A DNA stretch of 64,000 bases from Ruegeria sp. (GTDB taxonomy: Bacteria; Pseudomonadota; Alphaproteobacteria; Rhodobacterales; Rhodobacteraceae), in NCBI GenBank assembly GCA_040829945.1, contig JBFOLN010000028.1:5195-69194 (forward strand), read 5' to 3'. Under the pieces are notes generated by a model. It saw only the letters and a program-made list of their open reading frames with translations. It was not told the DNA's origin and did no database searches. The position numbers and the translations under genes were made by a program. This document shows, piece by piece, positions 1 through 9,746 of the stretch (its first letter is position 1; each line of letters begins with the position of its first letter).

Positions 1-2
1 TT

Positions 3-407
3 TTATTCGCACGCGACACGATCCGCTGGCGTCGTCCGATGGATCCCGACATTCACTGGTCGGCCATGTCGGGGCATGTCTCGACGCTGATCGCAAATGG
101 CGGGCGGTATGATCGCATATTCTGGACCGAGAAGTTCAATGATGGCATGCAGGGGGTTCTGGATCATCTTGAAACCGCGCACCCCGTGACATTGTCTGAA
201 GTTCCAAGATTCAACGAATCCGAAGGGCACGGACCTAAACGTGAGCATCCGGTCGAGGATTACTTCGACGACCTGTCGATGCATCTGGTGTATGAAATCT
301 ACAAACAGGATTTTGAACTGTTCAAATACGATTTCGAAAATCCAGCGAATAAGATGCCGGTCGGCGAGATTGATCTCGACGAAATTCACGCAAAACTGGG
401 CGATTGA
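3..407 (+). CDS. Sulfotransferase family 2 protein, C-terminal part (5'-truncated by window)
   Basis: Frame is open from the window start. D-x-HW and 'IYKQDFELFKY' motifs are typical of the Sulfotransfer_2 C-terminus. Confidence 0.65.
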   Translation, partial: LFARDTIRWRRPMDPDIHWSAMSGHVSTLIANGGRYDRIFWTEKFNDGMQGVLDHLETAHPVTLSEVPRFNESEGHGPKREHPVEDYFDDLSMHLVYEIYKQDFELFKYDFENPANKMPVGEIDLDEIHAKLGD

Positions 408-420
408 AATCGTATTGGTG

Positions 421-553
421 GCTCCCGCCCATCATCAACGCCTCTTACGAGACGTTTCCTCTGGTCGGGCTCGGCGCCGCGCAAAGCGCGGCACCGGGCT
501 CAAGTCCGCAAGGGCTATCGGCGAAGCCGTTAACGCGCGGCGGGCGCGGGAGC
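421..553. repeat. ~130-bp nested-hairpin palindromic element (MITE/RPE-like) between convergent genes
   Basis: Imperfect terminal IR GCTCCCGCCC...GGGCGCGGGAGC enclosing several internal hairpins, e.g. GCCGCGC-AAA-GCGCGGC and CGGC-GAA-GCCG. Confidence 0.5.
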
Positions 554-571
554 AGCCCTGCTTTTATTGGA

Positions 572-2404
572 TCAAACCTGACGGACAGCGCCTTTTGCGG
601 CACTGGTTGCCAGCTTGGCGTATGCCTTAAGTGCAGTTGAAACTTTGCGTTTACGCGGATTGGCGGGTTGCCAACCTTTTTCGTCCTGGATTTCGCGCCG
701 GGCCGCAAGCTCTTCGTCGGACACCGCCAGATGAATGGTGCGGTTGGGGATGTCGATTTCAATCTTGTCCCCGGTTTGCACCAGGCCGATCTCGCCACCC
801 TCGGCGGCTTCTGGCGAGACGTGGCCGATCGACAGACCGGATGTTCCACCCGAGAATCGTCCATCTGTAAGCAGAGCACAGGCTTTGCCTAAGCCTTTCG
901 ATTTGAGATACGAAGTCGGATACAGCATTTCCTGCATACCCGGCCCGCCACGCGGGCCTTCGTAGCGGATCACCACCACGTCACCTTCCTTGACCTTGCC
1001 GGTCAGGATATCATTGACGGCTTGGTCTTGGCTCTCGCAGACATAAGCTGAGCCTGTGAATTTCAGAATATTCTCATCCACACCTGCGGTTTTCACGATA
1101 CAGCCATCGCGGGCGATGTTGCCGAACAGCACCGCGAGACCGCCATCCTGACTGAATGCGTGCTCTTTCGAGCGGATCACACCGCCCTCACGGTCGGTAT
1201 CCAGTTCCTTGTAACGGTTCGACTGGCTGAAGGCCTGAGTGGTGCGCACGCCGCCGGGTGCCGCTTTGAACAGGTCCTGGGCCTTGGGGTTGTTGGCGAT
1301 CTTGATGTCCCAGTTGGCAATAGCCTCGCCCATCGTGCCCGAATGCACCGTATGACAATCCTCATGCAGCAAGCCCGCGCGGCTGAGTTCACCAAGGATC
1401 GAGAAGATGCCGCCAGCGCGGTGTACGTCTTCCATGTGCACGTTTTCGATGTTGGGCGCGACTTTGCACAAACAGGGCACCTGACGGCTCAGGCGATCCA
1501 TATCAGTCATGGTGAAGTGCACTTCGCCTTCATGTGCGATCGCCAACAAGTGCAGTACCGTGTTGGTAGACCCACCCATGGCGATATCCAGGCTCATGGC
1601 GTTCTCGAACGCGTCGAACGTGGCGATTTCACGCGGCAGGAAGCCTTTCTCGTCCAGATCATAGTGGCGCTTGGTGATCTCGACGATGCGGCGACCAGCT
1701 TCCAAGAACAACTCTTTACGGTCGGCATGTGTGGCCAGGGTCGAGCCATTGCCCGGCAGCGCCAGACCCAGAGCCTCGGCCAGACAGTTCATCGAGTTCG
1801 CGGTGAACATGCCCGAGCAGGATCCACAAGTAGGACAGGCGTTTTCTTCAATGTGTTGCACCTGTTCGTCGGTGAAGCGGTCATCCGCTGCAGCAACCAT
1901 CGCGTCCACAAGGTCGATCTTCTTAGCGTCCAGATCGGCGATGTCGATCTTGCCCGCTTCCATAGGTCCACCCGAGACAAAGATCGCAGGGATGTTCAGG
2001 CGCATGGCCGCCATCAACATGCCGGGCGTGATCTTGTCGCAGTTCGAGATACAGACCATTGCGTCTGCGCAGTGGGCGTTAACCATGTATTCGACCGAAT
2101 CCGCGATGACCTCACGCGAGGGCAGGGAATAGAGCATCCCGTCATGGCCCATGGCGATGCCGTCATCGACTGCGATGGTGTTGAATTCCTTGGCAACGCC
2201 TCCAGCGACCTCAACCTCGCGCGCGACCATCTGGCCAAGGTCTTTCAGGTGGACGTGACCGGGTACAAACTGGGTGAACGAGTTGACGATGGCGATGATC
2301 GGCTTGCCGAAATCATCGTCGCCCATACCGGTAGCGCGCCACAGGCCGCGGGCACCGGCCATGTTGCGGCCATGGGTGGAGGTTCTGGATCGGTACATTG
2401 GCAT
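572..2404 (-). CDS. ilvD: Dihydroxy-acid dehydratase
   Basis: [19 protein letters not shown] N-terminus; [20 protein letters not shown] and [11 protein letters not shown] motifs; 610 aa. Confidence 0.98.
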   Translation of the reverse strand: MPMYRSRTSTHGRNMAGARGLWRATGMGDDDFGKPIIAIVNSFTQFVPGHVHLKDLGQMVAREVEVAGGVAKEFNTIAVDDGIAMGHDGMLYSLPSREVIADSVEYMVNAHCADAMVCISNCDKITPGMLMAAMRLNIPAIFVSGGPMEAGKIDIADLDAKKIDLVDAMVAAADDRFTDEQVQHIEENACPTCGSCSGMFTANSMNCLAEALGLALPGNGSTLATHADRKELFLEAGRRIVEITKRHYDLDEKGFLPREIATFDAFENAMSLDIAMGGSTNTVLHLLAIAHEGEVHFTMTDMDRLSRQVPCLCKVAPNIENVHMEDVHRAGGIFSILGELSRAGLLHEDCHTVHSGTMGEAIANWDIKIANNPKAQDLFKAAPGGVRTTQAFSQSNRYKELDTDREGGVIRSKEHAFSQDGGLAVLFGNIARDGCIVKTAGVDENILKFTGSAYVCESQDQAVNDILTGKVKEGDVVVIRYEGPRGGPGMQEMLYPTSYLKSKGLGKACALLTDGRFSGGTSGLSIGHVSPEAAEGGEIGLVQTGDKIEIDIPNRTIHLAVSDEELAARREIQDEKGWQPANPRKRKVSTALKAYAKLATSAAKGAVRQV

Positions 2405-2444
2405 GATGCTGTTTCCCTATTGCCCAAGCTGCGATATTGGGTGT

Positions 2445-2485
2445 GTGCGTTATAGCGCACGTATCATATGTACGTTATAACGCAC
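2445..2485. promoter_or_regulatory. Two tandem 16-bp palindromic operators, probably bound by the adjacent XRE-cupin regulator
   Basis: GTGCGTTATAGCGCAC (2445-2460) and GTACGTTATAACGCAC (2470-2485) in the divergent ilvD/regulator gap. Confidence 0.7.
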
Positions 2486-2508
2486 AAGGCAAATCGCAGG
2501 GCGCGGGC

Positions 2509-3084
2509 ATGGAATCGAACGAACTAACGCTGAAATTAAGGGATGTGCGAGCGGCATCAGGGCTAAGCCTGTCCAAAGTCGCGGAACTTACCGGGGTCAG
2601 TAAAGCAATGCTGGGTCAGATCGAGCGCGGCGAATCAAGCCCGACCATTGCGACCTTGTGGAAAATCGCGAAAGGCTTCCAGCTTCCGCTGAGCGCATTG
2701 ATCGGCACCGCTGCTATGCGCGACACCACAGATACCGATGTGTTCAGCACCGTGACATTCCCGGGGAGCATCGAGGTCAAGATCGTCTTTCCCTTTGACC
2801 CGGCATTAGGGGCAGAGACATTTCATGTCGAGTTGTCGCCCAATCAAAGCCACGAATCTCCGGCCCATGCAGCAGGTGTAACCGAAGAAGTTTTTGTTCT
2901 GAGCGGAACTTTGGACGTATTGCGCAGTGGGAACTGGGTTCCATTGCAAACTGGGCAGGGGTTGCGCTTCGCTGCTGATTTACCGCATGGATACCGCGCC
3001 GGTGATCGGGGGGCAGCATTCCTCAACATGCATCACTACTCGCAAGCAACCGAGATTCCAGGGCAGGATCGAACATCTCAATGA
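2509..3084 (+). CDS. XRE-family HTH + cupin transcriptional regulator (SutR/PuuR-like)
   Basis: HTH 'LSLSKVAELTGVSKAMLGQIERGESSPTIATLWKIA' and cupin 'H..GVTEEV...F.AD.PH.Y'; ATG 2509 chosen as start. Confidence 0.92.
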   Translation: MESNELTLKLRDVRAASGLSLSKVAELTGVSKAMLGQIERGESSPTIATLWKIAKGFQLPLSALIGTAAMRDTTDTDVFSTVTFPGSIEVKIVFPFDPALGAETFHVELSPNQSHESPAHAAGVTEEVFVLSGTLDVLRSGNWVPLQTGQGLRFAADLPHGYRAGDRGAAFLNMHHYSQATEIPGQDRTSQ

Positions 3085-3350
3085 CCGCATTTATTGACAG
3101 CCTGACCTTCGTGGATGCCATTGGCTCTTTCGGGGCATTGATCGTGGTTGCGGCTTATTTTGCGACCCAGATGCGAATGATGAACTCAGACGATCTGGCT
3201 TTTCCAGTAGTCAATCTGGTTGGCTCAGTATTGATCGTCTTATCACTGTTCCAGAACTTCAACCTGGCGTCGATGCTGATCGAAGGGTTCTGGATCATCA
3301 TTAGTGTCCTAGGGATCATCCAGTATTTTCGCCTGCGTCGAGTGCGATAA
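3081..3350 (+). CDS. Small 3-TM membrane protein (CBU_0592-like)
   Basis: 'G..G...AY...Q......Y/F..NL.GS....SL...FNLAS..IE.FW..IS' pattern; start overlaps the upstream stop (ATGA). Confidence 0.75.
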   Translation: MTAFIDSLTFVDAIGSFGALIVVAAYFATQMRMMNSDDLAFPVVNLVGSVLIVLSLFQNFNLASMLIEGFWIIISVLGIIQYFRLRRVR

Positions 3351-3443
3351 ATCCAGCGCTGCCGGGGCGCTAGCGCTATCCAGCCTTGAACCTGCATCCT
3401 GCCAAGTATAGGGAAAACCCAAGCTCGCTTAGGGGAGGCATAG

Positions 3444-4298
3444 ATGCAGGACGATCCAAAAACCCTCGTTTCTACCGAATGGCTTGCCGCACATCTCAAG
3501 GATCCGGATCTGAGGATACTGGATGGGTCGTGGTATTTGCCGCAGCAAGCGCGGGATGCCAAGGCAGAGTATGACGCGGCCCACATCCCTGGTGCGCGCT
3601 TTTTCGATATTGATGAGATTTCTGACCATCGATCGGATCTGCCGCATATGGCACCTCCGGTCGAAAAATTCATGTCTCGACTGCGTGCAATGGGTGTCGG
3701 TGATGGCCATCAGGTCGTGGTCTATGACGGTGCTGGCCTGATGTCGGCTGCGCGGGTTTGGTGGCTGTTCCGCTTGATGGGGCAGGAGAACATTGCCGTG
3801 CTCGATGGTGGTTTGCCCAAATGGCAGGCCGAAGGGCGCGAAATCGAGGATTTACCGCCCGTGATCCGGGACCGCCACATGACCGTTCGGGTCCAGAACC
3901 ACCTTGTCCGTGATGTCACGCAGGTGTCGGCCGCTGCCAAGCTGGCTGATCATGAGATCATCGATGCGCGCTCTGCCGACCGCTTTGCCGGAAAAGGGAG
4001 CGAGCCACGTGAAGGCCTGCGTTCGGGTCATATTCCCGGCTCGCGCAACGTGCCCTTTGGTACATTGTTGAACAAGAACGGCACCATGAAATCGCCGGAA
4101 GACTGCCGCACGGTTTTTGAAAGTGCAGGCGTGGACCTGTCGAAGCCAGCCATAACCTCGTGCGGGTCGGGCGTGACTGCTGCGATCCTCAGTCTTGCGC
4201 TGGAACGAATGGGCAAGAAAGACCACTCGCTTTATGACGGCTCCTGGGCTGAATGGGGTGCCTTCCCAACCCTGCCCGTCGCAACCGGAGAGAACTGA
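3444..4298 (+). CDS. sseA: 3-mercaptopyruvate sulfurtransferase (tandem rhodanese)
   Basis: HIPGA, active-site CGSGVTA, YDGSWAEWG. Confidence 0.95.
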   Translation: MQDDPKTLVSTEWLAAHLKDPDLRILDGSWYLPQQARDAKAEYDAAHIPGARFFDIDEISDHRSDLPHMAPPVEKFMSRLRAMGVGDGHQVVVYDGAGLMSAARVWWLFRLMGQENIAVLDGGLPKWQAEGREIEDLPPVIRDRHMTVRVQNHLVRDVTQVSAAAKLADHEIIDARSADRFAGKGSEPREGLRSGHIPGSRNVPFGTLLNKNGTMKSPEDCRTVFESAGVDLSKPAITSCGSGVTAAILSLALERMGKKDHSLYDGSWAEWGAFPTLPVATGEN

Positions 4299-5482
4299 TG
4301 TTCGAAAACCTCAAACCGCAGCCCGCCGACAAGATCCTGGCGCTGATGCAAGCGTACCGCGAAGACCCGCGCGACCAGAAGATTGATCTGGGTGTTGGCG
4401 TCTACAAGAACGCCGAGGGTGTCACTCCGGTGATGCGCGCGGTGAAAGCAGCTGAAAAGCGTATTCTCGAAGAGCAGGAGAGCAAGGCTTATACAGGTCT
4501 GGCTGGTGATCCGGCCTTTGCAGACGCGATGATCGACTTGATTCTCGGAACTTCTGTCCCGCGTGGCAACATTGCAGCCGTAGCCACCCCCGGTGGCACC
4601 GGTGCCTGTCGTCAGGCGTTTGAGATGATCCGTATGGCCAACCCCACGGCGCGCGTGTTCGTGTCGAACCCCACATGGCCGAACCACCTGTCGATCCTGA
4701 ACTATCTGGGGATCGAGACGGTCCAATATCGCTATTTCGACGGCGAAACCCGTGGTGTCGATTTCGATGGCATGATCGAGGACCTGAAAACCGCCAATGC
4801 GGGTGACGTGGTTCTTCTCCACGGCTGTTGTCATAACCCGACCGGTGCGAACCTGAACATGGTGCAATGGCAGGAGGTTGTGAACCTGATAAACGAGCGT
4901 GGCCTCTTGGCGATGATCGATATCGCCTATCAGGGCTTCGGCGACGGTCTGGAGGAGGATGCGCAGGCGACCCGTTTGGTGGCTTCTTCCGTCAAGCGCT
5001 GCCTGATCGCGGCGTCCTGTTCGAAGAATTTCGGTGTCTACCGTGAACGGACAGGTCTGTTGATGGCGATCAGCGACGATCCGGCTCAGACTGCGTTGAA
5101 TCAGTCCACGCTCGCCTTCCTGAATCGTCAGAACTATTCGTTCCCGCCCGATCACGGCGCACGCGTGGTGACGACAATTCTGAATGACGATGCTCTGCGC
5201 GCTGACTGGGCGACTGAGTTGGAAGAGGTTCGCCTTTCCATGCTTGGCCTGCGTCAGCAATTGGCCGACGAATTGCAGCGCCTCAGCGGGTCGGACCGTT
5301 TTGGTTTTGTCGCACAGCACCGCGGCATGTTCTCGCGCCTTGGCGCGGCCCCGGAACTGGTTGAAAAGTTGCGCGCGGATCACGGAATTTACATGGTCGG
5401 TGACAGTCGCCTGAACATCGCCGGGTTGAATGCCAATACGGTGCCGATTCTGGCACAGGCGATTGTCGATGTGGGCGTCTGA
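4298..5482 (+). CDS. tyrB: Aromatic amino acid/aspartate aminotransferase (class I)
   Basis: KIDLGVGVY, HGCCHNPTG, DIAYQGFG, SCSKNFGVYRER; TGATG overlap with sseA. Confidence 0.9.
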   Translation: MFENLKPQPADKILALMQAYREDPRDQKIDLGVGVYKNAEGVTPVMRAVKAAEKRILEEQESKAYTGLAGDPAFADAMIDLILGTSVPRGNIAAVATPGGTGACRQAFEMIRMANPTARVFVSNPTWPNHLSILNYLGIETVQYRYFDGETRGVDFDGMIEDLKTANAGDVVLLHGCCHNPTGANLNMVQWQEVVNLINERGLLAMIDIAYQGFGDGLEEDAQATRLVASSVKRCLIAASCSKNFGVYRERTGLLMAISDDPAQTALNQSTLAFLNRQNYSFPPDHGARVVTTILNDDALRADWATELEEVRLSMLGLRQQLADELQRLSGSDRFGFVAQHRGMFSRLGAAPELVEKLRADHGIYMVGDSRLNIAGLNANTVPILAQAIVDVGV

Positions 5483-5501
5483 ACGGCGTTATTGAATAAG
5501 G

Positions 5502-5534
5502 AAAACCCGGGCGCGAACGCCCGGGTTTTTTTTT
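5502..5534 (+). terminator. Rho-independent terminator (likely bidirectional)
   Basis: AAAACCCGGGCG-CGAA-CGCCCGGGTTTTTTTTT. Confidence 0.85.
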
Positions 5535-5549
5535 GTACTTGGTTGGCTA

Positions 5550-6872
5550 TTAGCCTTTGGAGAACTCAGGGTAGGCTTCCATGCCCAGTTCAGCCATGTC
5601 GAGTCCGTTGATCTCGTCCTCTTCGCTGACACGGATACCCATGGTCGACTTCAGGATCGTCCACAGGATCAGCGCACCGACAAAGGTGAACACACCATAG
5701 GCGATAATGCCGGTCAGCTGCGTGATCAGGCTTGCTTCACCGTAGAAGATCACGGCGATCGTGCCCCAGATACCGGCAAACAGGTGAACCGGGATGGCGC
5801 CCACGACGTCGTCGATCTTGAACTTGTCCAGCATCGGAACCGCGAAGACCACGATGATACCACCCACAGCACCGATCCAAAGCGCACCAAACAGGGTTGG
5901 GGCCAGCGGTTCAGCGGTGATCGAGACCAGACCGGCCAGCGCGCCATTCAGCACCATGGTAAGGTCAGGCTTTTTGTATAGGACCTGGGTCATGATCAAG
6001 GCGGCAACCGCGCCGGATGCAGCGGCCATGTTGGTGTTGGCAAAGATGCGCGATACGTCCGAGACATCTCCGACAGTGCCCATCGCCAGCTGCGAGCCAC
6101 CGTTGAAGCCGAACCAACCCAGCCACAGAATGAAGGTACCCAGAGTGGCCAAAGCCAGGTTCGAACCGGGCATTGGATGCACCTTGCCGTCCTTGTACTT
6201 GCCAATGCGCGGCCCAAGGATGAGGGCACCTGCCAAAGCTGCCCAGCCACCAACCGAGTGCACGATGGTCGATCCAGCGAAGTCTGAAAAGCCTGCTTCG
6301 GACAGCCAACCGCCGCCCCACTGCCACGAGCCCGAGATCGGGTACATGATACCGGTCAGGACAACAACGAAGGCAAGGAAAGGCCAAAGCTTGATCCGCT
6401 CAGCCACTGCGCCGGATACGATCGAGGCGGTTGCGGCGACAAAGACCAGCTGGAAGAAGAAATCCGAACCGATCGAGGCGTAGTCGAGTGCCGCTGCATC
6501 TGCACCGACGCCCACCGGGTCAAGCACGGTGGTCGAGAAGAACGGACCCAGCCAGCCCGAAATGGTCCAGCCGTCGCCGGGATACATCAGGTTAAAGCCG
6601 ATCAGCCAGTACATGATCGCGGCAATCGAAAACAGCGCGATGTTCTTGGTCATCTGCATCGCGACGTTCTTTGAGCGCACCAGCCCGCCTTCGAGCATGG
6701 CAAAGCCTGCAGCCATGAAGAACACCAGAAAGCCGCCCATCAGGAACAGCAGCGTGGTGAAGATATATTGGGTGTGTTGCGCGGGCTCGCCGGTAGCGGC
6801 CTCTTGCGCAAGACCCATCTGCGGCAGTGCGACGATCGCAGCGGCAGGGATGAGAGATTTCATCAGGTTCAT
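5550..6872 (-). CDS. amtB: Ammonium transporter
   Basis: DFAGSTIVHSVGG, WLGWFGFNGGS, IDDVVGAIPVH; lies downstream of the P-II gene. Confidence 0.96.
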   Translation of the reverse strand: MNLMKSLIPAAAIVALPQMGLAQEAATGEPAQHTQYIFTTLLFLMGGFLVFFMAAGFAMLEGGLVRSKNVAMQMTKNIALFSIAAIMYWLIGFNLMYPGDGWTISGWLGPFFSTTVLDPVGVGADAAALDYASIGSDFFFQLVFVAATASIVSGAVAERIKLWPFLAFVVVLTGIMYPISGSWQWGGGWLSEAGFSDFAGSTIVHSVGGWAALAGALILGPRIGKYKDGKVHPMPGSNLALATLGTFILWLGWFGFNGGSQLAMGTVGDVSDVSRIFANTNMAAASGAVAALIMTQVLYKKPDLTMVLNGALAGLVSITAEPLAPTLFGALWIGAVGGIIVVFAVPMLDKFKIDDVVGAIPVHLFAGIWGTIAVIFYGEASLITQLTGIIAYGVFTFVGALILWTILKSTMGIRVSEEDEINGLDMAELGMEAYPEFSKG

Positions 6873-6905
6873 TGTCAGTCCTCGAGTGATTGTGAATGAG
6901 CGCGC

Positions 6906-7244
6906 TTAAAGCGCCTCTTCGTTGGTTTCCCCGGTCCGCACGCGCATGGCTTGCTCGACATCGAGGACGAAAATCTTGCCGTCACCGATCTTGCCGGTCT
7001 TGGCGGTTGTGGTGATGGTCTCGACGATCTGGTCGGCCATGGTGGCGGGCACCACGATCTCAAGCTTGATCTTGGGAACGAAATTCACGGCGTATTCGGC
7101 GCCGCGATAAATCTCGGTGTGACCCGATTGCGAGCCAAACCCTTTGATCTCAGTCACCATCATGCCGCGCACGCCTGCATTGGTCAGTGCCTCGCGCACC
7201 TCCTCAAGCTTGAACGGTTTGATTGTCGCAATGATCAGTTTCAC
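6906..7244 (-). CDS. glnK: P-II nitrogen regulatory protein
   Basis: GTG start giving 112 aa; IKPFKLEEV, T-loop EIYRGAEY, GKIGDGKIFV; glnK-amt arrangement. Confidence 0.93.
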   Translation of the reverse strand: MKLIIATIKPFKLEEVREALTNAGVRGMMVTEIKGFGSQSGHTEIYRGAEYAVNFVPKIKLEIVVPATMADQIVETITTTAKTGKIGDGKIFVLDVEQAMRVRTGETNEEAL

Positions 7245-7501
7245 GTCTTTCCCCTCTACTACTCCGGAAGGCCCGGCATTTTGCACCTGCAGAAAAATGC
7301 GCGAGGGAGGTTCAGATGGAACGTTTTCGGAGGGTGAATTAGGGTAATAAATCAGCAATTATGCACAATTTTTGCACAAAATACGTTGTTTGGTGAAAAT
7401 ATAGGCAAACCTGTAAGGGGAAATACCGGAATTTCACACCTCTACATGACTGGCCTAGCGGGGTATGGTGCCCCAAAAGCATAACCGGGCAGAGTTTGAG
7501 C

Positions 7502-9688
7502 ATGACTGAGTCCAACCGTCGCAAACCGCGCCTTGTCGCGGATAAAAGGTACCCGTCCAAAGGCCGAAAGCCTGCGGCGACCAAGCGGGCTGCAAAACCT
7601 GCTGGTAAGAAGTCGACGGCCCGAAAAACCGCTCCGCGCAAGACGGCGCGGAAGAAAATACGGCGCAGTTCTGGTGGGAAGGGCGGTGGTATTTTCCGCC
7701 GCCTGTTCCGCTGGCTATGGCGTCTGTTCTGGGGCGTCACATGGCGGATTGGTGCGGTGGCGGGCCTGTTGTTGGCGCTGGCCGTCGGTGTCGTTTACAC
7801 GTCACTACCGGATGTGGATGCCTTGTTGGATGGGCGGGCCAAGGGTTCGGTGACGTTGCTGGATCGCGATGGCAAGGTCTTCGCCTGGCGCGGCGATCAG
7901 TTTGGTGGCGTGATCACTGCGGATACAGTTTCGCCGCATCTCAAAAATGCCGTGATCGCAACCGAGGATAAGCGGTTCTACCGCCATTTCGGCGTCAGCC
8001 CGCGCGGTGTCGCGAGCGCGGTACGCATTAACCTGAGCGAAGGGCGCGGGCCGTTGTCGGGCCATGGAGGCTCGACCATCACGCAGCAGACAGCAAAGCT
8101 GCTGTGTCTCGGTGTGCCTTATGATCCCAGCGCTTGGGAATCCGAGGCCGCTTACGAAGCCGATTGCCGTCAGGGTTCGCTTTGGCGCAAAGCGAAAGAG
8201 GCAGTTTACGCAATCGCGATGGAGGTCAAATACTCCAAGGATGAAATTCTGACGATCTATCTGAACCGGGCCTTCCTCGGTGCAGGAGCGCGCGGTTTCG
8301 AAGCCGCCAGCCAGCGCTATTTCGGGATTTCGGCGGCCGAGGTCTCTCCGGCCGAAGCAGCAATGCTGGCAGGGCTGCTGGTAGCTCCTTCGCGCTATGC
8401 GCCTACGAACAACCTGCAAAGGTCTCAAAACCGCGCGCGGCTGGTGGTCGGGTTGATGGAGGATCAGGGTTATCTGACTGGCGCACAGGCCAGCGAGGCG
8501 CGCAGTCGCCCGGCGCAGTTGTCTGAAGCCGCCGCCGCCCGAGCAGGTGGTTATTTTGCGGATTGGGTCATGGCCAGTGGGCCTGAGTTTTTCACACGTA
8601 ACACAACCGAGGACGTGGTGATCCGGACTACGCTGGATCAGCGTATTCAAACCTCGGCGGAAGAGGCACTGAAGTTCATCTTCCAGGAGAAAGTGCGCGA
8701 AGGGTCCAAAGCGCAGGCCGCTATTGTGGTGATGTCCGCCGATGGCGCTGTGCGCGGTATGGTCGGTGGGCGCAAGACCCGTGTGTCAGGCGCGTTCAAC
8801 CGGGCCACGCAGGCTCTGCGTCAGACGGGCTCGTCGTTCAAACCGTTTGTCTATGCGACAGCGTTGGAGCTGGGGTATTCGCCGTTGGATACGGTTATGG
8901 ACGAACCGACCTGCTGGGATATCGCAGGCTCGGGCCGGTGGTGCCCCAAGAACTACACTCACAAGTTCTATGGCCGGGTGACACTGGCGGATGCGCTGAA
9001 GAATTCATTGAACATCCCAGCGGTCAAAGTGGCAGATATTTCTGGGCTTGATAATGTCCGCACCGTTGCCAGCGGTTTTGGCCTTTCAAGTGATTTGGCC
9101 GAAGGGCTCGCGCTGGCGCTGGGCGCATCGGAAAGCACTCTGATCGAGATGACCGGCGCGTATGCCGGTATCCTGAACGGCGGCTCAGCGGTGGAGCCGT
9201 ATGGACTGACTGAACTGAAGCTGCTGGGTGAGTCTGATCCCGTCATGGTCACAACAACCGGCATCGGTGAACGCGTTATCAACGACAAGGCCGCCAAGCA
9301 ACTGACCTGGATGATGGAGCGTGTGGTCTCCGTAGGTACGGGTGCGCGTGCAAAGCTGCCGGGCTGGCAGGTGGCGGGCAAGACCGGCACGACCCAGGCC
9401 GCCAGGGATGCGTGGTTCATCGGTTTCACAGCGGATTACGTGACGGGCGTTTGGATGGGGTATGACGATAATACACCGTTGTCAGGCGTGACAGGTGGTG
9501 GGCTGCCGGCAGAGATTTGGAAAGAGACGATGTTGCGCGTCACGGAAGGAATGACACCCACGCCATTGCCGATGCTGGCACCGGACCCACCAGTCAAAAC
9601 CGCTCAGCCGCAGCAACAGCGCCGTAAGAAACAGACGGGCTTGGATAAGGCGATCAACAATCTGCTGAACAACATTTTCGGAAACTGA
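7502..9688 (+). CDS. Class A penicillin-binding protein (PBP1A family)
   Basis: Transglycosylase EDKRFY.H.G, GSTITQQ.AK, RK.KE; transpeptidase SSFK, S.N, KTGT. Confidence 0.93.
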   Translation: MTESNRRKPRLVADKRYPSKGRKPAATKRAAKPAGKKSTARKTAPRKTARKKIRRSSGGKGGGIFRRLFRWLWRLFWGVTWRIGAVAGLLLALAVGVVYTSLPDVDALLDGRAKGSVTLLDRDGKVFAWRGDQFGGVITADTVSPHLKNAVIATEDKRFYRHFGVSPRGVASAVRINLSEGRGPLSGHGGSTITQQTAKLLCLGVPYDPSAWESEAAYEADCRQGSLWRKAKEAVYAIAMEVKYSKDEILTIYLNRAFLGAGARGFEAASQRYFGISAAEVSPAEAAMLAGLLVAPSRYAPTNNLQRSQNRARLVVGLMEDQGYLTGAQASEARSRPAQLSEAAAARAGGYFADWVMASGPEFFTRNTTEDVVIRTTLDQRIQTSAEEALKFIFQEKVREGSKAQAAIVVMSADGAVRGMVGGRKTRVSGAFNRATQALRQTGSSFKPFVYATALELGYSPLDTVMDEPTCWDIAGSGRWCPKNYTHKFYGRVTLADALKNSLNIPAVKVADISGLDNVRTVASGFGLSSDLAEGLALALGASESTLIEMTGAYAGILNGGSAVEPYGLTELKLLGESDPVMVTTTGIGERVINDKAAKQLTWMMERVVSVGTGARAKLPGWQVAGKTGTTQAARDAWFIGFTADYVTGVWMGYDDNTPLSGVTGGGLPAEIWKETMLRVTEGMTPTPLPMLAPDPPVKTAQPQQQRRKKQTGLDKAINNLLNNIFGN

Positions 9689-9693
9689 CATAC

Positions 9694-9725
9694 AAAAAAA
9701 AGGCGGTGCGCTGGGCACCGCCTTT
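9694..9725. terminator. Bidirectional intrinsic terminator
   Basis: AAAAAAAAGGCGGTGC-GCTGG-GCACCGCCTTT between convergent PBP and leuB. Confidence 0.8.
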
Positions 9726-9746
9726 GATGTCTGAATGATCGTAAGA

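Noticed and set aside
1160-2455. 431-aa plus-strand ORF
   Set aside because: Antisense shadow of ilvD caused by GC3 bias; no recognisable motifs.
4232-5383. 383-aa minus-strand ORF
   Set aside because: Antisense shadow of tyrB.
7340-7410. Possible NtrC sites upstream of glnK (TGCACAATTTTTGCA etc.)
   Set aside because: AT-rich with GCA half-sites, but spacing does not match TGCAC-N7-GTGCA cleanly; plausible but not supportable.
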